Part shown: one piece after another, positions 1 to 13,874 of the stretch
How positions within the stretch are numbered: the first letter of the stretch is position 1
Layout of the letters: every line of letters starts with the position of its first letter
NCBI RefSeq assembly: GCF_018350175.1
Contig: NC_058369.1
Span: 13,952,001-14,016,000 of the forward strand
DNA from: Felis catus
Lineage: Eukaryota
Length of the DNA: 64,000 nucleotides
Reading direction: 5' to 3'
Position numbers and translations under genes: made by a program
The notes under the pieces: generated by a model
The model's database searches: none
Told to the model about the DNA's origin: nothing
What the model saw: the letters and a program-made list of their open reading frames with translations, nothing else

Positions 1-1534
1 GAAGGACAGACTTCCTGAGTCAGCTAGTGGACCAGCACTCATTCCCAGATACAGCCTAAATGCTCCATGGTCTCTCCCTCATTGCCTAGGGCTCCCTGTC
101 CAGGGGTGGAGTCCCTTGAGAACTTTTGCAGCCTGCCTTCCCTGCTGCTGGGCTTGCAGGGAAGCTCTCCACCACACCTTTTCTCCCTTAAAAAAAAAAA
201 AAAATCATTTATGTCTCAAAACTGATGAAAATTGAAAACAGAAAACCTAAAGCACTTCCTATTTCTTCCGTGCATCTGACACGGCTCACCTGGGCGCAGG
301 AGGGGTGGGGGGAGCGGGGGGGGGGGGTGACTGCCAGCTGGTCATTTGCCTGGAAATCTCTGGGAGGAAGTGTCGGCCCAGCCAGGCAGAGTGCCTGGGG
401 CTAGCTCTGCAGGGCCAGCCAGTCCTCGGACCCGAGGGCTGGGGACATGGGGCAGCAGAGCATGTCTCGCAAAGGGGTCACTGTGTCCACGCCCAGCCTG
501 GCTAAAAAGCTTTTCTCAGTAAGTTCAGTGTTTCTCAAGTAACTGAACCTGCTGCCCTCTTCTATGGGTCCTTTTGCACCTGTGAGCATCGTGCTTTCTC
601 CATTCCTTCTGTCCTCCCAGGCAGGCGGGGTTTGATAGCTGTAATTAGGACGGGAGCGGCTCATTAAATCATCACGGAATCAATGCACAGCCCCGGGAGT
701 GATTTGTAGGCCCGGCAGCCTCAGTCTTTGCCTGCAGGTGGCAAGGAGATGCTAATTCCCTCACCGCTGGCTCAGCACTTGCAGAGGGAGGAGCCCTGAG
801 GGTCCATAACAGGGCCCTGCTGGGGACCACTTGTGTCCCCCGCTGTCACCCCAGCGACTAGCCAAGTGGCTCTCTCTGGCTCAAGCCCTGCCTCTGCTGG
901 CTTCCCTCAAATGACTCCACTTCTCGGCGTCTCAGTTTCCCATCTGTAGAGTTGTACAGATTAGGACATAGCTCTGTGCCTGACTGGCATCAGGGTGCCC
1001 CGTGGGACAGCTGTGAGGGCAGGGTCTCACCCTTTGCACCCGTGGGCCATGGTTTGGCATGTGACAGATGCCACCACATGGCTGTTCAGATTTGTTTGGG
1101 GGGGGGGGCTGTGGGCTTATTCATTTCTCTTCACTTTTTCTTTTGAGATAGTTTTGGATTCAGCGAGAAGCACAGACCATTTCGTTACCTCCTCATCACC
1201 TTGAACATGTCACGTGTCAGTGAGGGTGTCAGCACGGTTCTATTAACTAGACTCTGGACTGCCTTTGGATTTCCCCAGATGTCCACCAGTGTGACCTTTT
1301 TCTGGCCCAGGATCCCGTCCAGGCTCCCATGTCGCATTTGGTCGTCGTGTGTCCTTGGTCTCTGATCCAGGGCCACTGCTTAGGGTTTCTGTGTCATCTG
1401 TGACCTTCAACCCCTTGATAAGAACTGCTCTATCTTTTTGTTGCTCAGGGTGGTTTTCTGGTATTTTCTTGCAGTTGAGCTGAGGTGGTGGGTTTTGGGC
1501 AGGAATCCCATAGTGCCAATTGTCTTTTTATAGT

Positions 1535-3490
1535 TTTCCTTTTTTTAAATTGTGCTAAAACATACATAAAATTTATCATCTTAAAAATTGTTATTTTATT
1601 TTAATTAAAAAAATTAATGTTTATATTAGAGAGGGGGACAGACAGAGCACGCGCGGGGGAGGGGCAAAGAGAAGAGACAGAATCTGAAGCCCGCTCCGGG
1701 CTCCAAGCTGTGAACTGTCAGCAGTGTCTCAAACTCATGAGCAGTGAGATCATGATCTGAGCTGAGCCACCCAGGGGCCCCTTACTTTAATTTTTTAAGT
1801 CAATTTATTTATTTTGAGACAGAGAATCCCAAGCAGGCTCCACACTGTCAGTGCAGAGCCGGGTGTGGGGCTTGAATTCACGAACTGTGAGATCATGACC
1901 TGAGCCAAAATCAATAGTTGGACGCTTAACCGGCCGAGCCACCCAGGGGCCTACTGATCTTAATTATTCTTAAATGTGTGGTTCAGGGGCATAAAACACG
2001 TTCACATTGTGGTGCTACCATCCCCATCTCCGGAACTTTTTTCATCTTGCGAAACTGAAACTCTGTCCCCATTAAACACTAATTCCTCGTCCTCTCTCCC
2101 CCTGCCCCTGGCTCCTACTTTTTCTACTTCCCTGTCTCTGTGTATCGGACCACTCATATAAGTGGACTCAGAGAATTTGTCTTTTTGTGATGGGCTTAAT
2201 TCACTTAGCATGCTGTCCTCAGTGTTGTAGGACGCATCGGTGTCGTCGTGTGTCAGAATTTCCTTTCTTTTTTAGGCTGAATGATATTTCGTTGTATGTA
2301 CGTGTCACATTTTGTTTATTCACTTATCTTTCGGTCGGCACTTGGGTCTCTTCCACCTTTGGGCTGCTGTGAACACGGGTGAACAAATCCCTGCTTCCAG
2401 GGTATATATAGCCAGAAGTGGGATTGCTGGATCATATGGCAGTTCCCTGTTTAATTTTTTTTGAGGAACTGCCCCGTTTTCCACAGCAGTTGCACCATTT
2501 TATATTTTCACCAGCAGGGTACAAGGGTTCCGGTTTCTCCATATCCTCACCACTTGTTGTTTTATAGTGTTTTTTATTATATCGTTATGGGGGTGAGGTG
2601 GTATCTCATTGTGGTTTGATATGCATTTCCCTAATGACTAGTGACATTGAGCGTCTTGTTATGTGCCTGTGGCCATTTGTAGATCTTCCTCTGGAGAAAT
2701 GTCTATTCAAGGCTTTTGCCCGTTTTTGATTTGGTTTTTTTTGTTGTTGAGTTTTAGGAGTTCTGTAGACGTTCTGGATATTAATCCCTTATCCGATTTA
2801 TGATTTGCAAATGTTTTCTCGCGTTCCATGAGAACGGGGCCTTTTCGCTGTGTCAATTGTGTCCTTTGTTACACAAGTGTTTTTAATTTTGATAAAGTCC
2901 AATTTATGTATTTTTCCTTTTGTGGAGTATGCTTTTGGTGTTATAGCCAAGAAGTCATTGCCAAATCTAATGTTATTAAGTCTTTCCTCTGTTGTTTTTT
3001 TTTTTTCTGAGTTTTATAGTTTTAGCTTTCAGCCTTTGATCCGTGTCGATTTTTATATATGGAATAAGGTGTCGGTCCAACTCCGTTCATCGCCTATGGA
3101 GATCCAGTTTTCCCAGCACCGCTTGTTGAAAAGACCGTCCTTTCTCTTTTGAATGGTCTTGGCTCCCTTGTCAAAAATCATTTGACCATGTATGTGAGAG
3201 TTTATTTCGGGGCTTTCTATGCCGTTGGTTTCTATGTCTGTCTTTATGCCAGTACCACACTGTCTTTATCACTGTAGCTTTGTAGTAAGTTTAGAAGTCA
3301 GGAAGTGTAAGTCGGCCAACTTTCTTTTTTTTTTTTTTTAAAAGGTTGTCTTGGCTATTCAGGGTCCTTTGAGATCCATATGAATTTTATGGTAGATTTT
3401 TCTCTTTCTGCAAAAATCGTTGTTGGGATTTTGATAGGGGTTGCATTGACTCTAGATTACTTTGGGCAGTGTTGCCTCTTAACAACATGA
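1535..3490 (-). mobile_element. Antisense L1M (L1MB-like) 3' region, interrupted by SINEs
   Basis: CCCATTAAACACTAATTCC, GGGATTGCTGGATCATATGG, GGAGAAATGTCTATTCAAG, CCAGTTTTCCCAGCACC. Confidence 0.85.
1590..1951 (-). mobile_element. Two tandem antisense Can-SINEs
   Basis: Two GAGATCATGA(T/C)CTGAGC...CCACCCAGGGGCC units, each with a T-rich tail. Confidence 0.85.
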
Positions 3491-6400
3491 AGTCCTGCTG
3501 TCCTCCTCCCAGCTGTGTGACCCTGGGCAAGCATATACCCGGGTTCTGTCAGATTCCCCATCGTGACTCCTCAGGTGCACTTGTGGAGGGGGTCATCTGT
3601 GTCAGTGCATGGATAGCCCTTAGGACTATACCTGTGTGCAGTTGGTGCTCTATGTAGGAAGTTGTGTCTGCTGACTGAGAGGCTGCCAACTTAGAGGAGA
3701 GAAGAGGCTGCAGGAGGGTGGGGCCAAGCTGGGAGGGCTGCCTGGAAGAGGAGAGCTCTGTGGTGGGACAGGAGGGAGGTAGAGAGGGGAAGGGTCTTTG
3801 GGAAGAGGAGGAATGACATGTATGGAGGCACAGAAGCTTGGAGGGGGATTGTCAGGGGCATGACTGTTCTATAAGGTGAATCTGGGTAGGGGGTGAGTGG
3901 CAAGAGAAGAGAGAGAGGGGTGGGAGTCAGATCTGGAAGGGCCCCAAGAGCCAAGCTGGGGAGCTTGGACATGATGCAGAAACTAGCTGATGGGGTAGGG
4001 AGGGGCAGACCCAAGATTAGCTTTGAGTCTTAGGCAGAGCTTGAGAAAAGATTGGTCAGGGGGAGCAAGAGACCGGCTTTGGAAGGCATAGGGTCCTGGG
4101 GGGCTCAGGAGCTGAGAGGTGCCTGCCAGGCCAGTGAGTGTGGGAAGCCTGAGGGAGACACAGGCTGCGACACAGGAAGACCGTGGTGCCATTGGCCCGG
4201 GCCAGGAGGAGCAGGAGTGTGGAGGGGAGGATTGGTGGGGACTGCTGGGATAGAGGAGGTTCCTCAGCATTGGAGAGCATTCTGAGGGCAGGGGCAGGTG
4301 GCGCTCGTGAGCTGCTGGCTGATTGGGCATTCGGGGCCTCCCCAGGTGGGGTGACACATGAGGGGCGCAGAGGCCTGAATCCACGCAGAATCATGTTCGA
4401 AAGAGCTAGGAGGGGATCACAAGGCAGAGGCTGGAGGAGGAGCAGCAGGATGAGGGAGGGCGTCCCTTATGAGGGCAGCCACGGGTGCCAGGCTGGAGAG
4501 GCTCCTCCGGTCAACAAACGTCTGACCAGTACCTGCTCCGAGCCTGCTTGGTGCTTGGAGGTTCAGGTGTGGCAGCCACTTCTGAAGCAGTAGGTGCCGG
4601 ATGGGGCGTGGGGCAGCCATATTGAGCACAGAGGTACCCTGAGTGAGGTTTGCCCAGGGAGTAGGAGAAGGTGTACCTGGTAGGGGGCACGGCAGCTGCA
4701 GAGGCTTGTTGTGGGGTGCGTGGGCGTGAGAAGGTAGAGCCCAAGGGGACAGGATGCTGGGAGTGCCCCTGGCTTGGCCTCATGTTCCTGCAGGCATGAT
4801 GGACTTCATCCGAGTGTGGCAGTGGGAAGCCTACAGCAGTGGGCACAGCCTCCGGTTGAGGGGACAGGTAGAGTGACAGGAACTGAGAACAGCTGCAGCA
4901 CCACCTTTCATAATTATCTACTAGCCACATGGTCTGAGTTGGGGCTGGATATGAAGGAGGGAGACATCAGGAGGAAGGATGTCTAGCACCTGCATGGGGG
5001 ATGAGAGAGGGACAGAGTGTCCTAGGCAGGGGCTGTGTTCAGAGAGGCTGTGGACACCGTCCTCGGACCCTTTGGGAAGCTATAAGTACATCCAGGGGTG
5101 CGACCTGGGAGTACTCAGTCTCTGGGACCAGTGTCTCCAGGTTCTGTCTGCCTAGGCAGTCTTCCTTGTACCTAGACGGTAACTACCTGCCCAGATGTCT
5201 CATTGAGCCCCATCCTGGGAGGCGGTGGGGTCAGGGGTCCCATCCCCATCTGGTCTGTGCCCCACCGGCCAAGGATGGACCACCCACTCCCATGTTGCCT
5301 ACCCCACTTGGCCCCTCAATCCAGCTCCTCCCAGCACAGAGGACTCTATGCAGGGGAAGGTGGTTCAGGTCACTTCGGCTTAAATCTTTGCAGTGGCTTC
5401 TCATCATACTCAGTGAGGTCCCACAAGGCTCTGAGCCCTCCTCCCCCCACCTCCTTGCTTACTGGTGGGCGGTCTGGCCCCCTTGTCCCCTCCATGTTGG
5501 TTCTCCCCCCATCGTGCTCATTCTGACCCCAGGGCCTTTGCACTCGCTGGGCCTCCTGCCTGGAGTCCTCTTCCCAGCTCCAGTGTCCCCTCCTTGGCCA
5601 CCTGCCTGCTCCCCCCATGCGCGCCCCCCCCCCCCCATTTCCTGCTTGTTTTCAACACAGGCCTTCTCACTCGGAAATCCTCAGCCTTCTTTCTTTTCCG
5701 CTGGTCTCTGCCTGGAGCACACCAGGACCTGTTTGTGCTTTATGCTTGGGGCAAGCTCATGAGCCTGCAGAGCTTATCCCCAGCCAGCATGGGCCTGCTG
5801 GCTTCCCCTGCCAGCCTCCTTTCTAGCACCCTTGGGTGATGGGCTCCCTCTGTCTCCAGCTGCCTGCCCAGGTCTCCCATCCTGCTGGCCCCAGGCAATG
5901 CCCTGTGGACCCTCCTTGGAGGGGAGTGGCCCTGATGGCTGGGCCAGACATGCAGGATTTTCAGGGACTGCTGGAGGGCAAAGACAGGAGCCGGCGTGAG
6001 CAGCCTGGGCTCCTGGGCTGTGTTGAGCTATTCTCAGGTGGGTGCTTTGGTGTGGGTGTAGTGTGGGCTGCCCTTGAGGAACCTCTGGCTCTTGAGCAAG
6101 CCTACGCCTAGGCCTGGCTGCTGACCCCTCTGCCTTCATTGCTGTCCCCTCCTTAGGGCTATGCAGGCCTCTTGGCATCCACTCAGGGCTGGGCTGCTAA
6201 TGGTTAAATGCTGAACAGGCAACAGTGGATTTCTTTGGGGTTTTGGCTCAGGGTGAGACCTGCATTCCGGGCCTTGCTTGGCCCACATGCAGCATCCTAG
6301 CTCCACACCTTCCCGTCCCAGTTGGCCTGCTTCTTAGGGTGGGGTGGGGGCTTCCTCCCTCCAGGCCTTGGGTCAGGCCACGCAGCTGGAGTGAGGGCAG

Positions 6401-7134
6401 CAGGGATGAGCTAGGCTTGGAGGCCCTGGGTCTGCGGCCAGCTGGGTGACCTCAGGCTGTGCCGACCCTCTTGGAGGCCTGGGGTTGGGTGTGGGGTGTG
6501 AGGGGACCCATGGTGCCTTTATGCCTGGCCCTGCTCTGTCTGATAAAAATTCACCAGCCAGGAATCCAGGCCCCAAGTTGTTGGCACTTCTGGTGTTTCA
6601 GGAGAAGCCAGCAGTTCTGATGTTTAAGTTAATTTCAAAAAAAATTTTAAAAGTTGGCCACCAGTTCACATTCTTTAAAATGCTTCTCAGACCTCAGGAA
6701 GGCCGCAGCTGCGGCCACCGTGCTCCTGCCTGCCAGGTTGCAGGCTCTGATGTGGGCCAGTGGACCCCGAGGCTGTCTGGGCTGCAGTGGACAGGCGGCC
6801 GCGCCACCCCTGGCATGGGTGCCGTGTGGATCCGCCCATTCCTGGGCTGCCTGCAGAGGGGATGTGCAGTGGCCAAGAAGCCACGTGGCCGAGGGTCTCT
6901 GACAGGCCATGCTCTTCTTCTGGGTACACACATAGGGCCATAGTGGCTTCCCAGTTTGATGATACTGCTCTGAGGGCAGGGACACTGTGCTCGGTGACAG
7001 TTCCCTACCTATGCTGTTGTCCCAAAGGCACAGACTTGAGATGAGACACTCTGGGCCTTGCCTGCTGCTCACCTTCACGCTGATGTGTGCTTTGTCCTGA
7101 GCCAGGACGTTGAGGATGCTTTTCATTTCTTGTT

Positions 7135-7715
7135 TGTATTTTTTTATTGTGGTAAAATTCACATAACATAAAATTCACCATTTTTTAGTGACCCAATTTA
7201 GTGGCATTAAGTACATTCACAGCGTTGTACAACCACCACCTCACTGTGGTTCCAGAACAGTTCCATCACCCCAGAAGGAACCTGGTCCCTGTTAGCAGTC
7301 ACATCCCTCCTCCCTTCCCTGGCCCCTGGAAACCTCTTGCTGCCTGTATGGATTTGTGTGTTCTGGATATTTCGCATAAATGGGATTGTACAACATACAG
7401 CCTTTTGTGTCTGGCTTCTTTCAGTGTGATGTTTTTGAGGTTTGTCCACATTGTAGCCTGTGTCAGGGCTTCATTATTCTTTTTTATGACTGAGTAATAT
7501 TCCATTGCATGGCCAAACTACGTTTTGTTTGTCCACTGATCCATGGATGGACACTTGGGTTGTTTCCACTCTTTGACAATTGGTGACGAGTGCTACTGCG
7601 AACATGTGTGTGTAAGTTTTTGTTTGGACGCCTGAGTTCTTTTGGGTCTATATCTAGGAGTGGAAAGGCTGGGTCATGTGGTAATTCTGTGTTTTCACTT
7701 TTTGAGGGTCTTCCA
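7135..7715 (-). mobile_element. Antisense L1MB-like 3' end
   Basis: AAATTCACATAACATAAAATTCACC...TTCTGGATATTTCGCATAAATGGG...TGAGTAATATTCCATTG. Confidence 0.8.
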
Positions 7716-8869
7716 AGAGCAGACTGGTTTAGTAAACCACTTCTTCCGTGTTCTTGGTTGCATCCCTCCTTGGGAGCTGGGGTTCTGTGCCCACTTATGG
7801 GTCTCCCCTCCGCTCCCCACTCACTCCTGATTCTATTGGCCGTGTTACTACTTTACATTGTCGAGGTTTGTGGCATTTGCTCATGGCCCTGTAACTGTAA
7901 AGCTCGCTGCTGGTTAGTCTTAGTTCAGTGTCCAAGGAATCGATGAAGGCTGGGATTTCTGCCCTGGTGCATCTGGAATATTCCATTCGTGTGCTAAGAA
8001 GCGAAGGCCCAGGGACGTTGCAGAGTACGCCCAGGGCAGAGCCCCAGGGCATGGACCAGAGTGGGGAACCCCTTTGTGTACCCAGGGGTTGCTCCTGGAT
8101 GCCTGTGCCATGGCTGCCCGTGAGTCCCCAGCTTAGCTGTGCCCCATACCCACACAGTCCATTCCTTGTCCCAGAGGGAGGGCCTGTGAGTGTGGAAACC
8201 CACCCTGAAAATAGCAGCCATGTGCCTCCTGTGGGCGGCCTGTGCTGGCTTCCTCTGCTTGCACTGGGGCCCACCCAGAGGCCTCGGAGTGGAAGTGCTC
8301 GCCAGGGCCCACACGACTCCCCACTGGCTTCCAGCCTGGGCCACGATGCTAGGCAAGCCATTCACGCAGGCAGACCTCCTGAAGCAAGGGGTCACGGGTG
8401 CTCCAGAAATCATACTGGTTCCATCTCTAGGACGATGGCATAGTGTACATGCAGACATTAGGGAGCACCCTCAGTAGCGTTTGGGCAGCCTCATGGTATG
8501 GACCTGGTAATTTGTTTGCAGCAAAACTGATGCTCTGAGAACAGACAGAGGCAGCCTTCCATCCACAGATCAGATGTCACTGCTGGTGGGCTTGTACCAC
8601 GCTCATCAGAAGGGTTTCTGCAGAGTTTTCAGCTTTTCAGGATGGCACGACTGGGGCATCGTTCCCAACTCTGAGAGGTGGTGATGACCTCAGGGGTCTC
8701 CATCCCCCTGGCCACATCTTGCTGCCTGCTGCCTGCACCTTCCTTACCCTCCTTCAGTGCCTTTTGAGGGCAGGGCCCCTCCTGCTCCCACTGTGCTCTG
8801 GGACACACAGGCGGAGGGCAGTCTTGCGGAGGGTCCCCTGGGAGTGTTCAGGGACAGTTCAGGCACTGT

Positions 8870-9165
8870 GTTTATTAGTTTCCTGGGGCCGCCACGGCAA
8901 ATGACCACAAACCCGGTGATTTAAAACAGGAATTTATTGTCTCATATTCTGGAGGCCAGTAGTCTTGAAAGTAAGGTGTCGCCAGGGCCGGTCGGTTCGT
9001 TTTGGGAACTCCAGGTGGGAGCCTTCTTGTGTCTTCCAGCTTCTGGTGTGGCTCTGGGCGTCCTCAGCTTGTAGCCACATCTCTCCAGTTTCCGCCTTCC
9101 TTTTTGTCCTGTCATCCTTTTTGGTTTTGGTTTTGTTTTGTTTTTAAGTTTATTTGTTTAATCTT

Positions 9166-9199
<34 letters not shown>

Positions 9200-9543
9200 A
9201 TGAGCAAGGCAGGGGCAGAGAGAGAGAGGGAGAGGGAACTCCAAGCAGGCTCCATGCCATCAGCACAGAGCCCGCCGCGGGGCTCAATCTCATGAACCGT
9301 GAGATCATGACCTGAGTCGAAGTCGAGAGTTGGAGTCTTAACCGACTGAGCCACCCAGGCACCCCATGTCTGTCCTGTCTTATAAGGACCCCCATCATTG
9401 GGTTAGTGCTCACCCCAGTCCATCATGGCTTTGTCATAACTTGATCACATCTGCAAATAACCCCGTTTTCGAAGTTACATTCCAGGTACAGTGGTTAGGA
9501 CTTGGACGTCTCGTTTTGGGGGTATATAATTCAACCCCCAACA
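8870..9543 (-). mobile_element. MLT1 (ERVL-MaLR) solo LTR with nested antisense Can-SINE (about 9120-9366)
   Basis: GAATTTATTGTCTCATATTCTGGAGGCCAG...TCTTATAAGGAC...AATTCAACCC; SINE with (AG)n and CCACCCAGGCACCCC. Confidence 0.8.
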
Positions 9544-10964
9544 GAAAGATGCGTGCATGAGGCAACACCTCAGTGAAAGCTCTGATCCCAGCACGGGGGA
9601 TACCGCTTCCCCCTCGATCACCTGACACCCTCCAGGATACCCGTGCACCTTTGCTCTTGTCATGGTATTTTTGTACCCCAGACTAGAGTGCTATTTGCCT
9701 GTGTTCACATGGACCCTCAGGGCTGGCGTCTCTCTGAGTTGGACTGGGTTTTGAGGTTTGTCTCAGTAGAGGAGTGAGTGAGCCAGCATTGCTCAGCGCC
9801 GTATCGCGTTCCTCAGTCGGGTTTGCCCTGGTTGATACTCCTTCCTACTGTAGCTTCCGCTTTGCTGCTCTTTGGAACTGCCACCTGAATTCTTGCAGTC
9901 ATAACCCTGCGCACGTGTGCAGCTGTGTGATGGGGGGGGGGTGGTCACCGAGGGGGAATGATGCTGAGGGCCAGGTCCCATGTCGGGCCGCAGGCAGGGA
10001 GAAGCCTTGGGGACGCTGAGGATTATTCATTCCATGGTGAGCCGTGGCCCACCCTCGTGGGTCCCGCAGATCATTGGTCTGAGGATCATTGTTGGAGGTG
10101 GTGCTGGGATGCAGCTCCTCTGGAGCCTAGGGCAGGGGTGCGCGGTGGGGAGCAGGGCCTGTGTGTTGGTAGAGGCTGCTAGGGAAGTGAGGACCAGAAG
10201 GTCCAGTGAGGAGAGGCGCTGTAGGACCTACCTACTCAGGTTGGCGGTTTGGCGAGACCCTGGTTGCCAGCTGCAGAGAGGACTGCAGGCTGCAGAACTG
10301 ATTTGGGCACGCAGGCAGGAGGCTTATACATTTGTGGGGCCAGAGATGGTGGGGCTTGGACCAGGTGGATCGAGGTGGGAGAAGGTGACAGCTGGGCCTG
10401 GTGCTAGAGCAGATGTGGGAGCCAGTTGGGGGTGCGACAGTGAGAGACGCAGTCCTGGGGGAGGACGTGAATGCGCGCATGTCCACGTTCACGAGTGAGT
10501 GAGCACACGTATTTGTGAACAGCTGTGCACACGAGAGTGTGTGCGTGTTTGCCTTGGGCACCTGGGTGTGTCTGAACACATCCTGTTCCTCTTTTCGGTG
10601 GCATCCCCCATTAGACCCCAGGTAGCTGTGGACACTGCTCCGGTCCTCCTGGGCCCAAGGGACGGGTCAGGGCCGCGTACTGGGTAGGGAGCAGATGAGG
10701 CTTTGGGGTGAGGCAAGGCTTCTTGGAGGAGGGGGCTCGGCATGCCACCCCAGGGTGGGGTGTGGCCATCCCCAGAGCTGGGGGGAGCTCAGGCAGGAGG
10801 AGGGGCTGGCACAGACAGAGGCCCTGAGGGGAGAGGGACTTGGCCATCTCCGGGAGCAAGAAGACGACCCAGGAGGTGGGGCAGGGGGCAAGGGAGAGGA
10901 TGGCATGGCCCAGCCAGCCTGGCGGTGGGGTCAGGGGTCAGGTTTGATTTTCATTGATGATCTA

Positions 10965-11540
10965 TTTATCATGGAGGTGAGTTTCAGATAACAGAAAATT
11001 AGCCATTTAAAGTGAGCAACTGAATGACAGTGCATTCACAGTGTTGTGCAACCGTCACCACTATCTCATCCTGAAATATTTCTGTGACCCCCAGAGGATA
11101 CCCTGTCCCCTTGAGCAGTCACTCCTTACCCCCCACCCCCAGCCCCTGGCAGCCACGAATCCGCTTTCTGTCTCTATGAACTTAACCTGTTCTGGATGTT
11201 TTGTATAAATGGGATCATGAAGCACGTGGTCTTTTATGACTGGCTTCTTTCACTCCGCACGATGTTTTTGAGGTTCATCCACATCGTAGCGTGTCTCAGA
11301 GCTTCATTCCTTTTCATGGCTGAATAAATACGTCCCGTTGTACGGATGGACTGTGTTTTGTTTATATGTTCTTCCATCGATGGACCCCTGGGGTGTTTCC
11401 ATCTTTTGGCTGCTGTGAACACGTGTGTGGAAGTGTGGATGTAGACATTAGTCTTTATTTTGTTGTGATGTATACCGAGGAGTGGAATTGCTGTGTCCTG
11501 TGGTAACTCAGTTTAACTTGTTCCAGAACCTCCAAACTGG
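10965..11540 (-). mobile_element. Antisense L1MB-like 3' end
   Basis: CTTTCTGTCTCTATG...TGGCTTCTTTCACTC...GAGGTTCATCCACATCGTAGC. Confidence 0.78.
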
Positions 11541-12997
11541 GGTCGGGTTTTATTTTAAATAGGATGGCAACCTACTGGTATGTTTAAAACAGGAGGGTGA
11601 GATGACTTGAACGTAATTAATCGAGAAAAGGAAAGGAAGGGTTCCTGGCAGCCGTGTGCAGAGAAGGCTTTCGGGCAGGAGAACTGGGGAGGAGGCCGTG
11701 TGGGTGTCCTGGTGTGAGATGACACGGACTGGGACCAGGGAGAGGGTCACACACGGCCCTGGAGGTTGAGCTGCTGGGATTTTCTCACAGAAGTGACAAG
11801 GGGGAGAGGGAAAGGGGGGTCTGAGGAGACTCTGCAGTGTCCCCCTGCCAGGGCCTCAGCTCCCCAGTCCAGCGCTCAGGCCTTGCTCCAGACTGTCCTG
11901 GCTATCCCTGTGGCCTGACCTCTTCACAGTCTCTCTGCCATGTCACCTGTCCAGCCACCGGAGCCACCAGTGGTCTCTTCGCCATAAGACCATGGTGTTC
12001 ACCTTTCTGAATCCTTGTCTTTGCTTTCTCTTCCCTGGGGGGCATGGCCCTGGACAGGTCACAGTTACTCCATGGTGAGGCCTATTGTGGGAAGTGTCCA
12101 CTGGGCCACACACGGTTCTGTGCAGGGCCCATCTCACCAAGCCGAGCATGTGGTCTGAGGGCGGTGAGGCAGTGAAGGGGCCAACCCTGCCCTGTCCCCA
12201 TGCCTGGAGCAGTTGCTGCCCAGGATATGTGGGGGCTTGGGGGGCTCAGGGCAGGCACCCAAGGGGCACAGAGTGGGTCTGGACCACAAAATGGCTCTCA
12301 TTGTTATTATGTAACTCCATAGTTGTGCTATGTCTAAAAAATGGAGCATAAAGCTATTTTGGGCCCATGGTAATGAGGGCATCTCGCTTTTGTCTTATCT
12401 TCCCGGGGCCCCTGCCAGCCATCCTGGGGGGAGGCGGCATTGAAGGAGCTGCTCGCAAGAGGTGGTTTCAACCCAGAACCCGAGCAAGGCCGTGTGTCAG
12501 CATGTGGATGCCACTTTCGAAAGGCATTTGTTTGCCATCAGCCCAAGGCAGCTGCTGGCAGACCGCCCTGTGGCACCTGTGATACCGGAGGCCCGCGGGC
12601 TCTGACCCCCTGGCAAGAGAAATGCTGGCTTCCTTGCCGAGTCTGGGACCCCACTCCCCCGCGGCACGTCGGGCCCCTGTCAGAAACTCAGCCTGAGGTT
12701 TTCAAGGTGGGATGCAGGACCTGTTACGGAGGCAGGTGTCCCTGTCCGGCTCCCTGCCTGGGCTGAGGGGCCGCTTGCTTCTCGTGACCGGCATTCCGGC
12801 TGGTGATTTGTGTTACCCAGTTGGTGGCGAGATTCAGCATCAGCCTGCAAGGGGTCTGTTCCCTCGGCTACGGGTAGAGACGTGTGCTCGCCCGCTGCAG
12901 GGGCTGCCTACACCGAGGGGCGTGTTCAGAGTCAGGGCGGAGAAATGACACGTTTCAGAGTTTTCTCTACGCGTGCATGGGTAGGGTCTTGTGCCCA

Positions 12998-13446
12998 TCT
13001 TAGTGTCCTGGGGCCGCCGTAACAAATAACCACAAAGCGGGGGGCTTAAACCACACAAGCGTATTCTCTCACAGTTCTGGAGGCCAGAGGTCCCAAATCA
13101 AGGTGTTGGCAGGGCCGCGCTCCCTCTGAAGGTTCCCTTGGGGAAGACCCTTCCTTGCCTCTTGCAGCTTCCGGGAGCTCTGGCATTCCTCGGCTTGTGG
13201 CTGCTCCACCACAATCTCTGCCTCTGCCTCCAAATGGTCTTCTCCTTGTGTGTCCGTGCGTCTGTGTCAGCCTCTCCTCCTCTTCTATAGACACCAGTCA
13301 GTCATAGGATTAGGGCCCACTCGACTCCTACGTGATCTTGTCTTAACGTCCTCTTCAAAGACATCTCCAAATAAGGTCACATTCCCAGGTGTACAGGGGT
13401 TAGGAGGTGGATGCATATTTTGGGATGACACCATTCAGCCCACTGC
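12998..13446 (-). mobile_element. MLT1 solo LTR
   Basis: TAACAAATAACCACAAA...CTCTCACAGTTCTGGAGGCCAGAGGTCC...AAATAAGGTCACATTC...CCATTCAGCCCAC. Confidence 0.8.
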
Positions 13447-13874
13447 AGACCCTCTGCCAGGCAGGTCCCTTGGCCATCAGTGAGGCTCCAGCTCCCCTAG
13501 AGGTGCAGTGACGTACCCCACCTTACATTCAAGCACACGAGTGTACCTGGGTCACGGTGAGGCCAGGGGCTCAGCTGAAGGTGGGTGGGGGTCTCTAGTG
13601 TTTGGGCGCAGAGCTGTGGGTTTTGTGGACGTGCATGGCGGGCCCCTGGTGTCTGTGCATAGGCTTTCCGTGTCCCAGGCACCGTGTGACACTTCTTGTG
13701 TGAGAATCCTACTGACCACCCCACCATCTTGCCAGGGAGGCGCTCCCGGCCCCATGTTGCAGCTGGGGAAACTGAGGCCAAGTGATTACGAACTGGGCTG
13801 TGCTCCACAGACACGGGCCATGTGTCCGCTCGGCACCCCCTTCCCCAACAGCCTTACAGCAACCCCGGTGGAGG

